Both the position numbers and the translations under genes were made by a program. The notes below the pieces were generated by a model that had not been told where the DNA came from, ran no database searches, and saw nothing but the letters and a program-made list of their open reading frames with translations. Below, piece by piece: positions 37,838 to 47,135 of a stretch of DNA of 61,900 bases (position 1 is its first letter; each line of letters starts with the position of its first letter). Origin of the DNA: Candidatus Paceibacter sp. (GTDB lineage Bacteria; Patescibacteriota; Patescibacteriia; S139-126); the NCBI GenBank assembly GCA_020724865.1, contig DYGA01000003.1, positions 1-61,900 of the forward strand, written 5' to 3'.

Positions 37838-38134
37838 ATGGACAATCAAAATCAACAACAAACAATGCAAATTAAAATTGATGACACAGTATTGAAAGGT
37901 GTTTATGCTAATGCTCTCCAGGTTGGGCACACTAAAGAAGAATTTATTTTAGATTTTATGAATTTAGTACCCCCTCAAGGTATAGCCGTAGCTAGAATTT
38001 TTTTAAGTCCGGGTCATATGAAAAGAATAGCCGCTGCTTTATTAGATAATCTAAAAAAATATGAACAACAATTCGGTAAAATTGCAGAAGCCCAACCACC
38101 AAAAAACGAACAAAAATTGGGATTTAATGGCTAG
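37838..38134 (+). CDS. DUF3467 domain protein
   Basis: GVYANALQVGHTKEEFILDFMNLVPPQG..ARIFLSPGHMKRIAAALLDNLKKYEQQFG matches my recollection of the DUF3467 pattern. Confidence 0.7.
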   Translation: MDNQNQQQTMQIKIDDTVLKGVYANALQVGHTKEEFILDFMNLVPPQGIAVARIFLSPGHMKRIAAALLDNLKKYEQQFGKIAEAQPPKNEQKLGFNG

Positions 38135-38270
38135 ATACACGAGACACGTAGCATGTAACACATAACACTAAGCACATAAATAATTATTAAAATTTTATTA
38201 TGATAAAATACAACAATCCAGATGAAGAAAAGTGTGGTTGCGAAGGTTGCGATTGTGGAAAATAATTTAT

Positions 38271-38325
38271 ATTTTACCCTGTTAAATTGATTTTTGATCA
38301 GAGTAAAAATTTAACAGGGTAAAAT
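38271..38325. repeat. Perfect 18-bp inverted repeat (hairpin) upstream of dnaJ
   Basis: ATTTTACCCTGTTAAATT (38271-38288) pairs with AATTTAACAGGGTAAAAT (38308-38325), with a 19-nt loop. No T-run follows. Confidence 0.8.
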
Positions 38326-38388
38326 ATTATAATTATTAATTATTAATAAAATAAATATTAGTAATTAATAATTGCTAACCAATCAATT

Positions 38389-39510
38389 ATGTCCAAGGAT
38401 TACTACGAAATTTTGGGTGTAAAAAAAGACGCTTCAGCAGATGAAATAAAAAAAGCGTTTCGTAAATTAGCACATCAATATCATCCTGACAAAGGTGGCG
38501 GAGACGAACAAAAATTCAAAGAAATAAACGAAGCTTATCAGGTTTTGGGTAATGCGGAAAAAAGAAAACAATATGATCAGTTTGGTCAAAGTTTTTCTGG
38601 CGCCGGACCTGGAGGGATGAATTGGCAGGATTTTGCCCGAGCTCAACAGTCGGGTGGTTTTGATTTTTCCCAAGGTTTTCAGGGAGTAAATTTTGATTTT
38701 GGTGATATAGGAGATATTGAAGATTTATTTTCAGGAATTTTTGGCGGTTCTTTTCGTCAAAGTGGAAAAAATCGTCGGAGTCGTAAGGGGCGAGATATAC
38801 AATTGGAATTGACAATTGATTTTTTTGAAGCAGTTTTTGGAACAAAAAAAACAATTACTATAGAACGTGATGATATCTGTACGGTTTGTCAAGGTAGTGG
38901 CGCTAAACCAGGCAGCAAAGTAAAAACCTGCGAACAGTGTCAAGGCGCAGGACAAATTGATACGGTTACCAGATCATTTTTTGGCATGGTGAGATCAACT
39001 CAAGTTTGTCCTACCTGCCATGGTGATGGAACTGTTATCATTGAGAAATGTTCCAATTGTCATGGTTCAGGTAAATCTAAAAAGCGAGAGAATATAGATG
39101 TAGAAATTCCAGCCGGAGCCGATGATGGCGTAACTTTGAAATTTGCCGGTAAAGGTGATGTATTGACTAAAAATGGGACTCCCGGCGATTTGTATATTAC
39201 TCTAAGAGTTTTGCCTGATAAAAGATTTGAACGTCACGGTAGTGATGTACATCAGCAAATAAAGATAACTTTTTCTCAAGCAGCTCTGGGCGATAAGGTG
39301 ACAATCAATACAGTTGATGGGCAAGTTAAGCTCAAAATTCCGGCTGGTATTGCCTCTGGAACGGTGCTTAAACTTTCCGGTCAAGGCATACCACACATGA
39401 ATAAACGCGGTCGCGGCGATCATTTTGTTAAAGTCATAGTTGATGTACCAAAAACATTAACTCGTAAACAGAAACAGTTATTAACCGAATTAAGAGAAAA
39501 CGGTTTGTAA
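38389..39510 (+). CDS. dnaJ: Molecular chaperone DnaJ (Hsp40, type I)
   Basis: J domain [11 protein letters not shown], a G/F region, and four CxxCxGxG zinc-finger repeats ([32 protein letters not shown]). Confidence 0.95.
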   Translation: MSKDYYEILGVKKDASADEIKKAFRKLAHQYHPDKGGGDEQKFKEINEAYQVLGNAEKRKQYDQFGQSFSGAGPGGMNWQDFARAQQSGGFDFSQGFQGVNFDFGDIGDIEDLFSGIFGGSFRQSGKNRRSRKGRDIQLELTIDFFEAVFGTKKTITIERDDICTVCQGSGAKPGSKVKTCEQCQGAGQIDTVTRSFFGMVRSTQVCPTCHGDGTVIIEKCSNCHGSGKSKKRENIDVEIPAGADDGVTLKFAGKGDVLTKNGTPGDLYITLRVLPDKRFERHGSDVHQQIKITFSQAALGDKVTINTVDGQVKLKIPAGIASGTVLKLSGQGIPHMNKRGRGDHFVKVIVDVPKTLTRKQKQLLTELRENGL

Positions 39511-39512
39511 TT

Positions 39513-40247
39513 ATGAAAATAATACCTGTTCATTCTCGTATTTTACAACCGCCGCAGGATGATTTGTTGGCGGTTTTATCTTCATTGCCAATCAAAAATC
39601 AAGATATATTGGTTATTACTTCGAAAGTAGTCAGCATTCACCAAGGCAGATGTGTAAAAATAGATGAAAGTAGGAAAGAACAACAAAAGCAAGAATTAAT
39701 CCTGCAAGAGGCCGAGGCAATAGTCCCTCTGACAGCAACTGGCAATTTAAAACAATCTCCTCTAACTAAAAAATATGGTGTCGTGGTTGGCAGTTCTGGT
39801 ATAGACGAATCAAATGGTCATGGTTATTTTATCTTGTGGCCAGTTGATTTAGCTAAATGGGTTAAAGATATATACCAGTGGTTAAAAGCTACTTATAATT
39901 TAACAGATTTAGGAATTATTATTTCCGATACTGTTAAGCGGCCATTTAGGCGAGGCGCTATTGGTATAGCCATTGCTCATTATGGTTTTAAAGCTTTGCG
40001 TAGTTATCGAGGCTCAAAAGATATTTTTGGGAGAAAATTTAAAAATGAACAGGTTAATTTAGCTGATGCTCTGGCGGCCAGTGCGGTTATGGTTATGGGA
40101 GAAGGGGGTGAACAAACACCTTTGGCTATTATTTCTGATTTAAAAAATATAGAATTTTTTCCTGGAACTGAGGAAATTACAGTGGCAGGCGAAGATGATT
40201 ATTTTGCTGGTTTGATTGATAATAATAAATGGAAGAAAAGAAGTTAG
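39513..40247 (+). CDS. CofE-like (F420-0:gamma-glutamyl ligase family) protein
   Basis: ITSKVVSIHQGRCV, GSSGIDESNG and VMVMGEGGEQTPLAI resemble the PF01996 family. Function in this organism is unknown. Confidence 0.5.
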   Translation: MKIIPVHSRILQPPQDDLLAVLSSLPIKNQDILVITSKVVSIHQGRCVKIDESRKEQQKQELILQEAEAIVPLTATGNLKQSPLTKKYGVVVGSSGIDESNGHGYFILWPVDLAKWVKDIYQWLKATYNLTDLGIIISDTVKRPFRRGAIGIAIAHYGFKALRSYRGSKDIFGRKFKNEQVNLADALAASAVMVMGEGGEQTPLAIISDLKNIEFFPGTEEITVAGEDDYFAGLIDNNKWKKRS

Positions 40248-40355
40248 TAATTTTGAATTTTAAATTATAAATTTTAAATTAATTTTAAATTTTAGTAACT
40301 AGTAATTTATTATTAATTCTTTATTCTTTAAAGCAAAAGGTGTTATAATTATATT

Positions 40356-40919
40356 ATGATATCAATATTAACTACCACCGCTGCGCAAATTGACTTCAAT
40401 AGTTGGTTAAATAGTTTTGACTGGACAAGGCCCAGTTGGGATTTGTTTGTAATTTTATTTATAGTTTTTGGCGGTTTAGTTTATGGTATGAGTTTAGGTA
40501 GAGATAGATTAGCTTTAACCACTATTGCCATCTATATTTCTTTAGCCTTAGTCAATGCCGCTCCGTTTGTTGGACATGAATTTGCTGCTAATGTCCATTT
40601 TGCAGATTATGCAATTGATATCAAAGTAGTTGCCTTTTTAGGATTATTGGTTTTGATTATGTTTTTGCTGGCTAGAGGGGCTTTGTTTAGAAGTTTATTG
40701 AGCAATAATTCAGGCAGTGGTTTTTTACAATCAGTTTTTTTAAGTTTTGTTCACACTGGATTGATTGTAGCAATTGTAATAAATTATCTGCCAGTTGTCG
40801 CAGTAAATAATTTTTCACCAGTTATTAAAGATATTTTTTATGGTCAGTGGCAGTTATTTTGGTGGTTATTAGCGCCAATTATGATAATGATAATTTTTAA
40901 AATAAAAAAGAAAGATTAA
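40356..40919 (+). CDS. Hypothetical integral membrane protein
   Basis: 187 aa with 5 hydrophobic segments. The ATG lies 6 nt after a TGTTATAAT box (possible leaderless mRNA). Confidence 0.55.
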   Translation: MISILTTTAAQIDFNSWLNSFDWTRPSWDLFVILFIVFGGLVYGMSLGRDRLALTTIAIYISLALVNAAPFVGHEFAANVHFADYAIDIKVVAFLGLLVLIMFLLARGALFRSLLSNNSGSGFLQSVFLSFVHTGLIVAIVINYLPVVAVNNFSPVIKDIFYGQWQLFWWLLAPIMIMIIFKIKKKD

Positions 40920-40940
40920 ATATTTTTTTAAATTATATTT

Positions 40941-40957
40941 GCCTGCCGGCAGGCAGG
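40941..40957. terminator. GC-rich hairpin between convergent genes (possible bidirectional terminator)
   Basis: GCCTGCC-GGCAGGC palindrome, or CCTGCC-GGCA-GGCAGG, lies in an AT-rich gap between 40356..40919 (+) and the dus gene (-). Flanking T/A runs are weak. Confidence 0.5.
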
Positions 40958-40976
40958 TATTAATTATACAATACTC

Positions 40977-42017
40977 TTAGTTGAGTATTTTTTTTATTTC
41001 TGCAATTGAATTTATTTTCACCAGTTGATCGCGCAATTGTTTGGCTTGAGGCCAACCCTTAACATACCAGGATAAATGTTTTCTGAGTTCAATCAGTCCA
41101 CGTTGACCTTTTTCTCGCCAGGCAATATCAGCATGTTGCATAATAAAATTTTTTATTTCTGATTCAGAGTAAGCAGAATATTTTCCAGTTTTTAAAAAAT
41201 CTTTTGTTTGTTGAAACAACCAAGGTTTGCCCCAGGCACCACGGGCTATGCCAACACCATCAGCGCCAGTTTCAACAAGCATTGCTTGGGCAATTTCGGG
41301 AGTAGTCACTCCGCCATTATATAAAAGAATACGATCCCATATTTTTCTGACTTGTTTAACTATGTCAATATTCGGCACACCATCAAATGGTCTTTCAAAA
41401 CTACGGGCGTGCAGCATTAAAGCTGCTACCGGAAATTTGATAATATGTTGAACTAAGTCTACAGCTGTTACTTCATCCAAATCACTATTTGGTCCACAGT
41501 CTGTCGGATCAGTAATTAATGGTCCCTCAATAAATCCATGATCACTGGTGCGTTTAATTTTTTTGGCTGAAGAATTTTTTTTGATGCTGGCTCTAATTTT
41601 TATAGAAACTGGTATTTTGACACTTTCTGTCAAAGCTTGTACCAGCTCGGCGCAGCGGGCTGGTTCTTTCATTAAAGACACGCCACCACCGTGTCTGACT
41701 ACTTTGTAAGCCGGACAACCAAAATTTATATCAATTCCATCAAAACCTAATTCTTCCAAAATTTTTCCAGCTTTTTGAAATATTTCAGGTTTATTGCCAA
41801 AAATTTGCACGACTATTGGTTTTTCTGATTGGTCAAACTTTATCATTTCCAAAGTTTTTTTGGCATTGTGGACCAAAGCATCAGCAGAAGCAAATTCAGT
41901 ATAAATAACATCCGCGCCAAAATGTTTGCACATTTGTCGAAAAGCAATATCCGTCACCCCAGCCATCGGTGCTAGAGCTAAAATAGGTTTGTCTAATTTT
42001 TGCCAAAAATTGTTCAT
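40977..42017 (-). CDS. dus: tRNA-dihydrouridine synthase (Dus family)
   Basis: LALAPMAGVTDIAFRQMCKHFGADVIYTEF, DINFGCP and HARSF motifs. The track ORF reaches 42053, but its first 12 codons (MNNIVFYNIITR) read like promoter DNA (TATAAT), so I prefer Met13. Confidence 0.85.
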   Translation of the reverse strand: MNNFWQKLDKPILALAPMAGVTDIAFRQMCKHFGADVIYTEFASADALVHNAKKTLEMIKFDQSEKPIVVQIFGNKPEIFQKAGKILEELGFDGIDINFGCPAYKVVRHGGGVSLMKEPARCAELVQALTESVKIPVSIKIRASIKKNSSAKKIKRTSDHGFIEGPLITDPTDCGPNSDLDEVTAVDLVQHIIKFPVAALMLHARSFERPFDGVPNIDIVKQVRKIWDRILLYNGGVTTPEIAQAMLVETGADGVGIARGAWGKPWLFQQTKDFLKTGKYSAYSESEIKNFIMQHADIAWREKGQRGLIELRKHLSWYVKGWPQAKQLRDQLVKINSIAEIKKILN

Positions 42018-42355
42018 CCGTGTGATTATATTATAAAATACAATATTATTCAATTATAAATAATAAATTTTAGCTATATCTAATTTCTTAATTTGTGTGA
42101 ATAGTGTAATGTGTTATATTTAAATATAAATTATAAGCCAGCGGAAAAAAACTATAAAATTTGCCAATCAACGGCGAATAAGAATTATTAAATATTTAAC
42201 AATAGAAGACCATTTTTCTGATATAGTTGGTAGTTATAAATACAGGATATGAAATGTTTATCTTTTTAGTGGATATGAAAAAAATATTTTGCTGAACTGA
42301 TATTATAAGGGATAAACCCTACAATTATCTCAATTGATTTTTTTATCTGCTGTCA

Positions 42356-43300
42356 ATGAGATTAGTAAATATGAAAACCAAAATATTTAATCGAAAACAA
42401 TTAAAACAAGCCGGGGAGCTAATTAAAAAAGGAGAATTAATCGCTTTTCCAACTGAAACTGTTTATGGATTAGGGGCAAACGCATTAAATCCGAAAGCAG
42501 TCAAAAAAATTTTTGTTGTCAAAGGAAGACCATCAAACAATCCTTTAATTATTCATGTTTGTAATTTAAAACAAGTTGAAGAAATTGCATATCTCAATCC
42601 ATTAGCTAAAAAATTAATTAAAAAATTTTGGCCAGGGCCATTAACTATTATTTTGAAAAAGAAAAAAATTGTTCCAAAAGAGGTCACCGCAGGGCTTAGA
42701 ACTGTTGCTATTAGAATGCCTGATAATAAAACTGCTCTGGCATTAATTAAATATTCTAATTGTCCAATAGCTGCACCATCTGCAAATATTTCTGGTAAGC
42801 CTTCGGGAACATGTTTTGAACATGTCTACGAAGATTTTGGTGGAAAAATCGCTGGGATTATTAAATCTCGGCAATGTAAAATTGGAATCGAATCCACTGT
42901 TTTAGACTTAACTCAAAAAATTCCTGAAATATTAAGGCCTGGCAAAATTATAAAAAAACAAATAGAAAAGATCATTGGCAGAGTTAGAGAAAGTAAAGGG
43001 CATGTATCAAAACCAAAATCTCCTGGTATGGCATATAAACATTATTCACCTAATGCAAAAGTTATTATTGTAAAAAATAAGTCACAAATTAAAGAGGTAT
43101 TTAAAAAATATTCTGGAAAAAAAATAAAATTATTAATATATAAAAATGCTATAAACATGGCACACAATTTATTTAAAGATTTTAGAGATGCAGATAAAAA
43201 AGGGTTTGATATAATAATAGTAAAATCAATTCAGGAAAAAAGTTTAGGAAATGCTATTATGAACAGATTAAGAAAAGGTGGAAAAATTTATCAATCTTGA
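42356..43300 (+). CDS. tsaC: L-threonylcarbamoyladenylate synthase (YrdC + Sua5 domains)
   Basis: IAFPTETVYGLGANAL, KGRPSNNPLIIHV, SANISGKPS and a C-terminal Sua5 domain. The start could instead be Met6 (42371). Confidence 0.85.
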   Translation: MRLVNMKTKIFNRKQLKQAGELIKKGELIAFPTETVYGLGANALNPKAVKKIFVVKGRPSNNPLIIHVCNLKQVEEIAYLNPLAKKLIKKFWPGPLTIILKKKKIVPKEVTAGLRTVAIRMPDNKTALALIKYSNCPIAAPSANISGKPSGTCFEHVYEDFGGKIAGIIKSRQCKIGIESTVLDLTQKIPEILRPGKIIKKQIEKIIGRVRESKGHVSKPKSPGMAYKHYSPNAKVIIVKNKSQIKEVFKKYSGKKIKLLIYKNAINMAHNLFKDFRDADKKGFDIIIVKSIQEKSLGNAIMNRLRKGGKIYQS

Positions 43301-43437
43301 AAAATCATATTTTGAATCACAAAATGTGAATAAATGGTTAAATCAAATTTGAAGTTCAAAAAAATAGAGTAAAAGATATGTTCCCCAGAGCTTTTGGAAA
43401 AGTTTTTATATTAATACAAATCTTGTCTTAGATTATT

Positions 43438-43608
43438 ATGGAGAAAATTTTTGTTTATGGAAGTCTAAAAAAACCAAAAGTGCAAAAATTTGTTTTTGGA
43501 AGGATAGCGAAATCTTATTTTGATATTCTATCAATTCTCAAATTTCATTTCGTGAAATTTCAGATAATCACGATGTTTAATGAAAAAGTTTTCTCGACTA
43601 ATTCCTGA
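43438..43608 (+). pseudogene. Short ORF resembling the N-terminus of a gamma-glutamylcyclotransferase (AIG2/GGCT-like) protein; probable remnant
   Basis: MEKIFVYGSLKKPKVQKFVFGR matches the GGCT-like N-terminal motif (FVYGTLK), but the ORF is only 56 codons and the rest does not resemble the family. A terminator overlaps its stop. Confidence 0.3.
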
Positions 43609-43627
43609 GTTGATTCAGGAATTTTTT
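43601..43627 (+). terminator. Rho-independent terminator
   Basis: ATTCCTGA (43601-43608) pairs with TCAGGAAT (43615-43622), with a 6-nt loop, followed by TTTTTT. Confidence 0.65.
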
Positions 43628-43693
43628 ATTTATAAATAATTTAACTTTTTTTATTGGTTTTTATTTAAGTAAAATATATAGTATAATTATATT

Positions 43694-44686
43694 ATGAAGA
43701 AATTTGATTGTTTAGTAATTGGCGGGTCAACCGAAGATTTGATGTTTTATACTGATGAATCGGTGATAATAAAAAACCCCAATGCTAAAGATATTACCAG
43801 ACAAAAGTTAATTGCTTTTGAGTACGGTGCAAAGATTCCTTCACAAGCCGCTTATTTTACTATGGGCGGAGGAGGACAAAATGTTGCTGTGTCTTTAGCT
43901 AAATTGGGATTGAAAGTCAGCTTACTTACAGCTGTTGGTGGCGATGGTGTTAGTCAGGAAATTATACAGAATTTAAAAATAAATGGCGTTGATCAAAGTT
44001 TGGTAAAAGTTTATCCCAAAGATCGTTCCAGTTTTTCTTTTATTGTTAATACCGGTACTTTCAAGGAGCATGTAATTTTTACTTATCGCGGAGCAAATTA
44101 TGTCATGCAAATAAATCTGTCTGATTTAAAAAAAATAAAAACCAATTGGTTTTATTTAACTTCTTTACAAGGTGATTATTGGAAGAGTAATTTACAAAAT
44201 ATTTTTAAAGTGGTAAGTGCCAATAATATTAAAATTTCTTGGAATCCGGGCGGCACACAATTGGCCAGCGGTTACAAATATTTGAGCAGGTATTTGAAAC
44301 AGACTGAAATTTTACATCTCAATAAAGATGAAGCCATAGAATTAGTTTTGTCTTATGGTAAAAAAGTTAACAATATTGAAAAATTATTACTGACTATCAA
44401 AGCTTGGGGCCCGCAGTTGGTGGTGATTACTGACGGACCGAACGGCGCTTATGCTTTTGATGGTAAAAAAATATATTATCGCAGAGCTCCCAACACTAAA
44501 GGTATAAATACCACGGGCGCCGGGGATAGTTTTTGTTCAGCTTTTGTTTGGGGGATTATAAAATATAATGATATTAGACTGGCTTTGCAAGCTGGAATTA
44601 TCAATAGCAATAGTGTCATTACTGAAATTGGCGCTCAAAATGGTTTATTGACCAGTAAACAAATAAAAAAAGAATTAAAATTATGA
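43694..44686 (+). CDS. PfkB-family carbohydrate kinase (ribokinase-like)
   Basis: GGGGQNVAVSLAKLG near the N-terminus and the C-terminal TTGAGDSF motif. Confidence 0.8.
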   Translation: MKKFDCLVIGGSTEDLMFYTDESVIIKNPNAKDITRQKLIAFEYGAKIPSQAAYFTMGGGGQNVAVSLAKLGLKVSLLTAVGGDGVSQEIIQNLKINGVDQSLVKVYPKDRSSFSFIVNTGTFKEHVIFTYRGANYVMQINLSDLKKIKTNWFYLTSLQGDYWKSNLQNIFKVVSANNIKISWNPGGTQLASGYKYLSRYLKQTEILHLNKDEAIELVLSYGKKVNNIEKLLLTIKAWGPQLVVITDGPNGAYAFDGKKIYYRRAPNTKGINTTGAGDSFCSAFVWGIIKYNDIRLALQAGIINSNSVITEIGAQNGLLTSKQIKKELKL

Positions 44687-45264
44687 ACACTATCAAAGTA
44701 ATAGTAGAAGTATCAGCTAGACATATTCATTTATCACGCCGTGATATTAATAGATTATTTGGCAGGGGATATCAATTACAAGTTAAAAATAGTATTTCCC
44801 AAACAGGACAATTTGCCACAGTGGAAACCGTTGGTTTAAAAGGACCGAAAAACGAATTTAAAAAAATTCGGATCGTCGGGCCAGAAAGAAAAAAATCACA
44901 AATTGAATTGGCAGTAACTGATTGTTTTTATTTGGGCATTAAACCGGTTTATCATATTTCTGGCGATACAAAAGGCGCACCAAAGTTAGAAATTATTGGT
45001 CCTAAAGGTAGTGTGAAAATTCCAGCAATTGTTCCTCTTAGACATATCCATATAAGTGATCAGGAAGCAAAAAAATATGGTTTGAAAAATAAACAAAAAG
45101 TAAAAGTTAAAATTTCAGGCCAACGAGCGGTGATTTTTGATAAGGTGGTTGTTAGGGTCCATCCAACTTTTCGGTTTCGCTTACATTTAGAAACTGACGA
45201 AGGTAATGCCGCTGGCGTAAAAACAGGTGATAAAGGTTTAGTGATAAAAAATTTTAAGTTATAA
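44683..45264 (+). CDS. pduL: Phosphate acyltransferase PduL
   Basis: Duplicated signature VEVSARHIHLSRRD and PLRHIHISDQE. About 190 aa, with a 4-nt overlap with the upstream kinase. Confidence 0.85.
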   Translation: MNTIKVIVEVSARHIHLSRRDINRLFGRGYQLQVKNSISQTGQFATVETVGLKGPKNEFKKIRIVGPERKKSQIELAVTDCFYLGIKPVYHISGDTKGAPKLEIIGPKGSVKIPAIVPLRHIHISDQEAKKYGLKNKQKVKVKISGQRAVIFDKVVVRVHPTFRFRLHLETDEGNAAGVKTGDKGLVIKNFKL

Positions 45265-45272
45265 ATTTTAAA

Positions 45273-46409
45273 ATGATTTTAGTTTTTAATTCTGGGAGTT
45301 CAAGTTTGAAGTTCGCTTTATTCAATCAGACCGCTAACCGTAAGTTAATAGCTGGTAATATTGAGCGTATCGGACTTGATAAAAATATTATTAGTTTTAG
45401 TATTGGTAATAAATATTATCAAGAAATTTTATCTAAGCGGATAAAAAATCATATCGAAGCGGTTCAAGTAGTTTGTTTATTTTTAATCTGGCAAGGGTAT
45501 AATTTATCAGCCATAAAAAAAATTGGCCATCGGGTGGTGCACGGCGGCGGCAAATTTTGGCAGCCAGTTAAATTAAATGCAAAAATAATTAAGCAATTAG
45601 TCAAATTTAATAGTTTAGCTCCTTTGCACAATCCGATAAATTTAGAAGTAATAAAAATTTGTCAAAAATATTTTCCCAAAATAGATCAATACGCGTGTTT
45701 TGATACTGAGTGGTACCAAAACATGCCACCAGAAAATTATTTGTATTCTTTGCCCGAAAAATTGTTTAAAGAATATGGCATTCGTCAGTTTGGTTTTCAT
45801 GGTTTGTCCCATGAATATGCAGCTAAACAGGCAGCTGCTTTGTTAGGTAAACCATTGAAAAAATTAAATCTTATTACTTGTCATTTAGGTTCAGGTGGAT
45901 CAATTACGGCTGTAAAAAATGGCCAAGCCATTGAAACTTCAATGGGTTTTACTCCTTTAGCTGGGCTTTCTATGAGTAGTCGGGCAGGGGACGTTGATGC
46001 CAATATTCCATTGTATTTAATAAGAGAAAAAAAATTAAGTCCTGACAAAGTGTTTAATATTTTAAACAAAGAATCTGGATGGCAGGCTTTGAGCGGCGTA
46101 TCAGATTTTCGTCAAATAATGGTCGATGGAGGTTTTAAAGTCCCTGGTTTTTCTCCACGGAAAAGTAAAGATCAAAGAATGAAATCCAAATTGGTTTTGT
46201 ACCGCTACGTTAGGGAAGTTAAATTTTATATTGGCGGTTTTTTGGCTTTATTAGATAATCAAGTGGATGCTTTGGTTTTTACTGGAGCTATTGGCGGGGC
46301 AAACGCTGATTTTAGAAAATTGGTTTTAAATAAATTATTAGTTAAAAAAATAAAAGTTTTTAATTTTATTACTGATGAGGAAACAGTTATAGCCCATAAG
46401 TTAAAATAG
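45273..46409 (+). CDS. ackA: Acetate (propionate) kinase
   Basis: ILVFNSGSSSLKF, HRVVHGG, FDTEWYQNMP, FGFHGLSH and CHLGSGGS motifs. Confidence 0.9.
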   Translation: MILVFNSGSSSLKFALFNQTANRKLIAGNIERIGLDKNIISFSIGNKYYQEILSKRIKNHIEAVQVVCLFLIWQGYNLSAIKKIGHRVVHGGGKFWQPVKLNAKIIKQLVKFNSLAPLHNPINLEVIKICQKYFPKIDQYACFDTEWYQNMPPENYLYSLPEKLFKEYGIRQFGFHGLSHEYAAKQAAALLGKPLKKLNLITCHLGSGGSITAVKNGQAIETSMGFTPLAGLSMSSRAGDVDANIPLYLIREKKLSPDKVFNILNKESGWQALSGVSDFRQIMVDGGFKVPGFSPRKSKDQRMKSKLVLYRYVREVKFYIGGFLALLDNQVDALVFTGAIGGANADFRKLVLNKLLVKKIKVFNFITDEETVIAHKLK

Positions 46410-46438
46410 TTTTTACTTTTAGTCTTTACATTTTTTAA

Positions 46439-46469
46439 GTTTACCAGTAAAATGGTAAACGTTTTTTTT
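46439..46469 (+). terminator. Rho-independent terminator of the pfkB-pduL-ackA unit
   Basis: GTTTACC-AGTAAAAT-GGTAAAC followed by GTTTTTTTT. Confidence 0.8.
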
Positions 46470-46492
46470 GTACATTTATAAAGGAGCTAAAA

Positions 46493-47077
46493 ATGACAAC
46501 TGAACAATTCGTTTATTTAAGGGAAAAAGCTGTTACTATTTTTGGAGGGCAACTACTGGACAAGAAATCTTATCAACTTTTAAAAAAGGTTGTTAATTAT
46601 TTAGTAAAAAGAAATTTTTATATAATAACCGGCGGTTTATCTGTAAAAAAATCAGTAATGTACGAACCAATTAGATTGGCCGACAATAAAGTTATTTCTT
46701 TATATAGTGAGGATGACAATACTACCAGTCGAGAATTAATTATTACTGATCGTGAACTTAGTTATACTGCCAAAAATTTTGGTGACCAGATATATCAAAT
46801 GATTCAAAGTCAAGCTTTAATTATATTTGACGGCGGTTTGTCAACCTTAGCTGAGTTAACCTTAGCTTTAGATTATTGGAAGCGTTATCAAAAACAGGGC
46901 GCTAAAAAACCAGTCATTTTATTTTTTAGCCGCAAGTGGTTGGCTTACCGTGAAAATATGATTGAAGATGGTTTAATTGATAAAGATTTGGTTAGGCATT
47001 ATTGTTTATATTGTCATGGTTATGCCAGATTTGTTGCTCATTTTGAAAGTTTTTTCCCAAAAAACACCCCAAGATAA
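46493..47077 (+). CDS. LOG/TIGR00725-like Rossmann-fold protein
   Basis: VTIFGG...YIITGGLS and IIFDGGLSTLAELTLAL resemble the LOG (PGGxGTxxE) family, but the motif is degenerate. SD AAAGGAG is upstream. Confidence 0.45.
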   Translation: MTTEQFVYLREKAVTIFGGQLLDKKSYQLLKKVVNYLVKRNFYIITGGLSVKKSVMYEPIRLADNKVISLYSEDDNTTSRELIITDRELSYTAKNFGDQIYQMIQSQALIIFDGGLSTLAELTLALDYWKRYQKQGAKKPVILFFSRKWLAYRENMIEDGLIDKDLVRHYCLYCHGYARFVAHFESFFPKNTPR

Positions 47078-47094
47078 TACTGGGGTGATTTTTT
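47065..47094 (+). terminator. Rho-independent terminator overlapping the stop codon
   Basis: CACCCCA (47065-47071) pairs with TGGGGTG (47081-87), with a 9-nt loop, followed by ATTTTTT. Confidence 0.7.
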
Positions 47095-47135
47095 AATATA
47101 AAATTGATATAATTTGATTGAGTTAGATTAAACTT

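Noticed and set aside
42054-42355. A 300-nt gene-free gap upstream of tsaC, scanned for RNA genes or riboswitches
   Set aside because: There is no GC-rich island, no extended complementarity, and no promoter/terminator pair. It looks like plain AT-rich spacer or decayed DNA.
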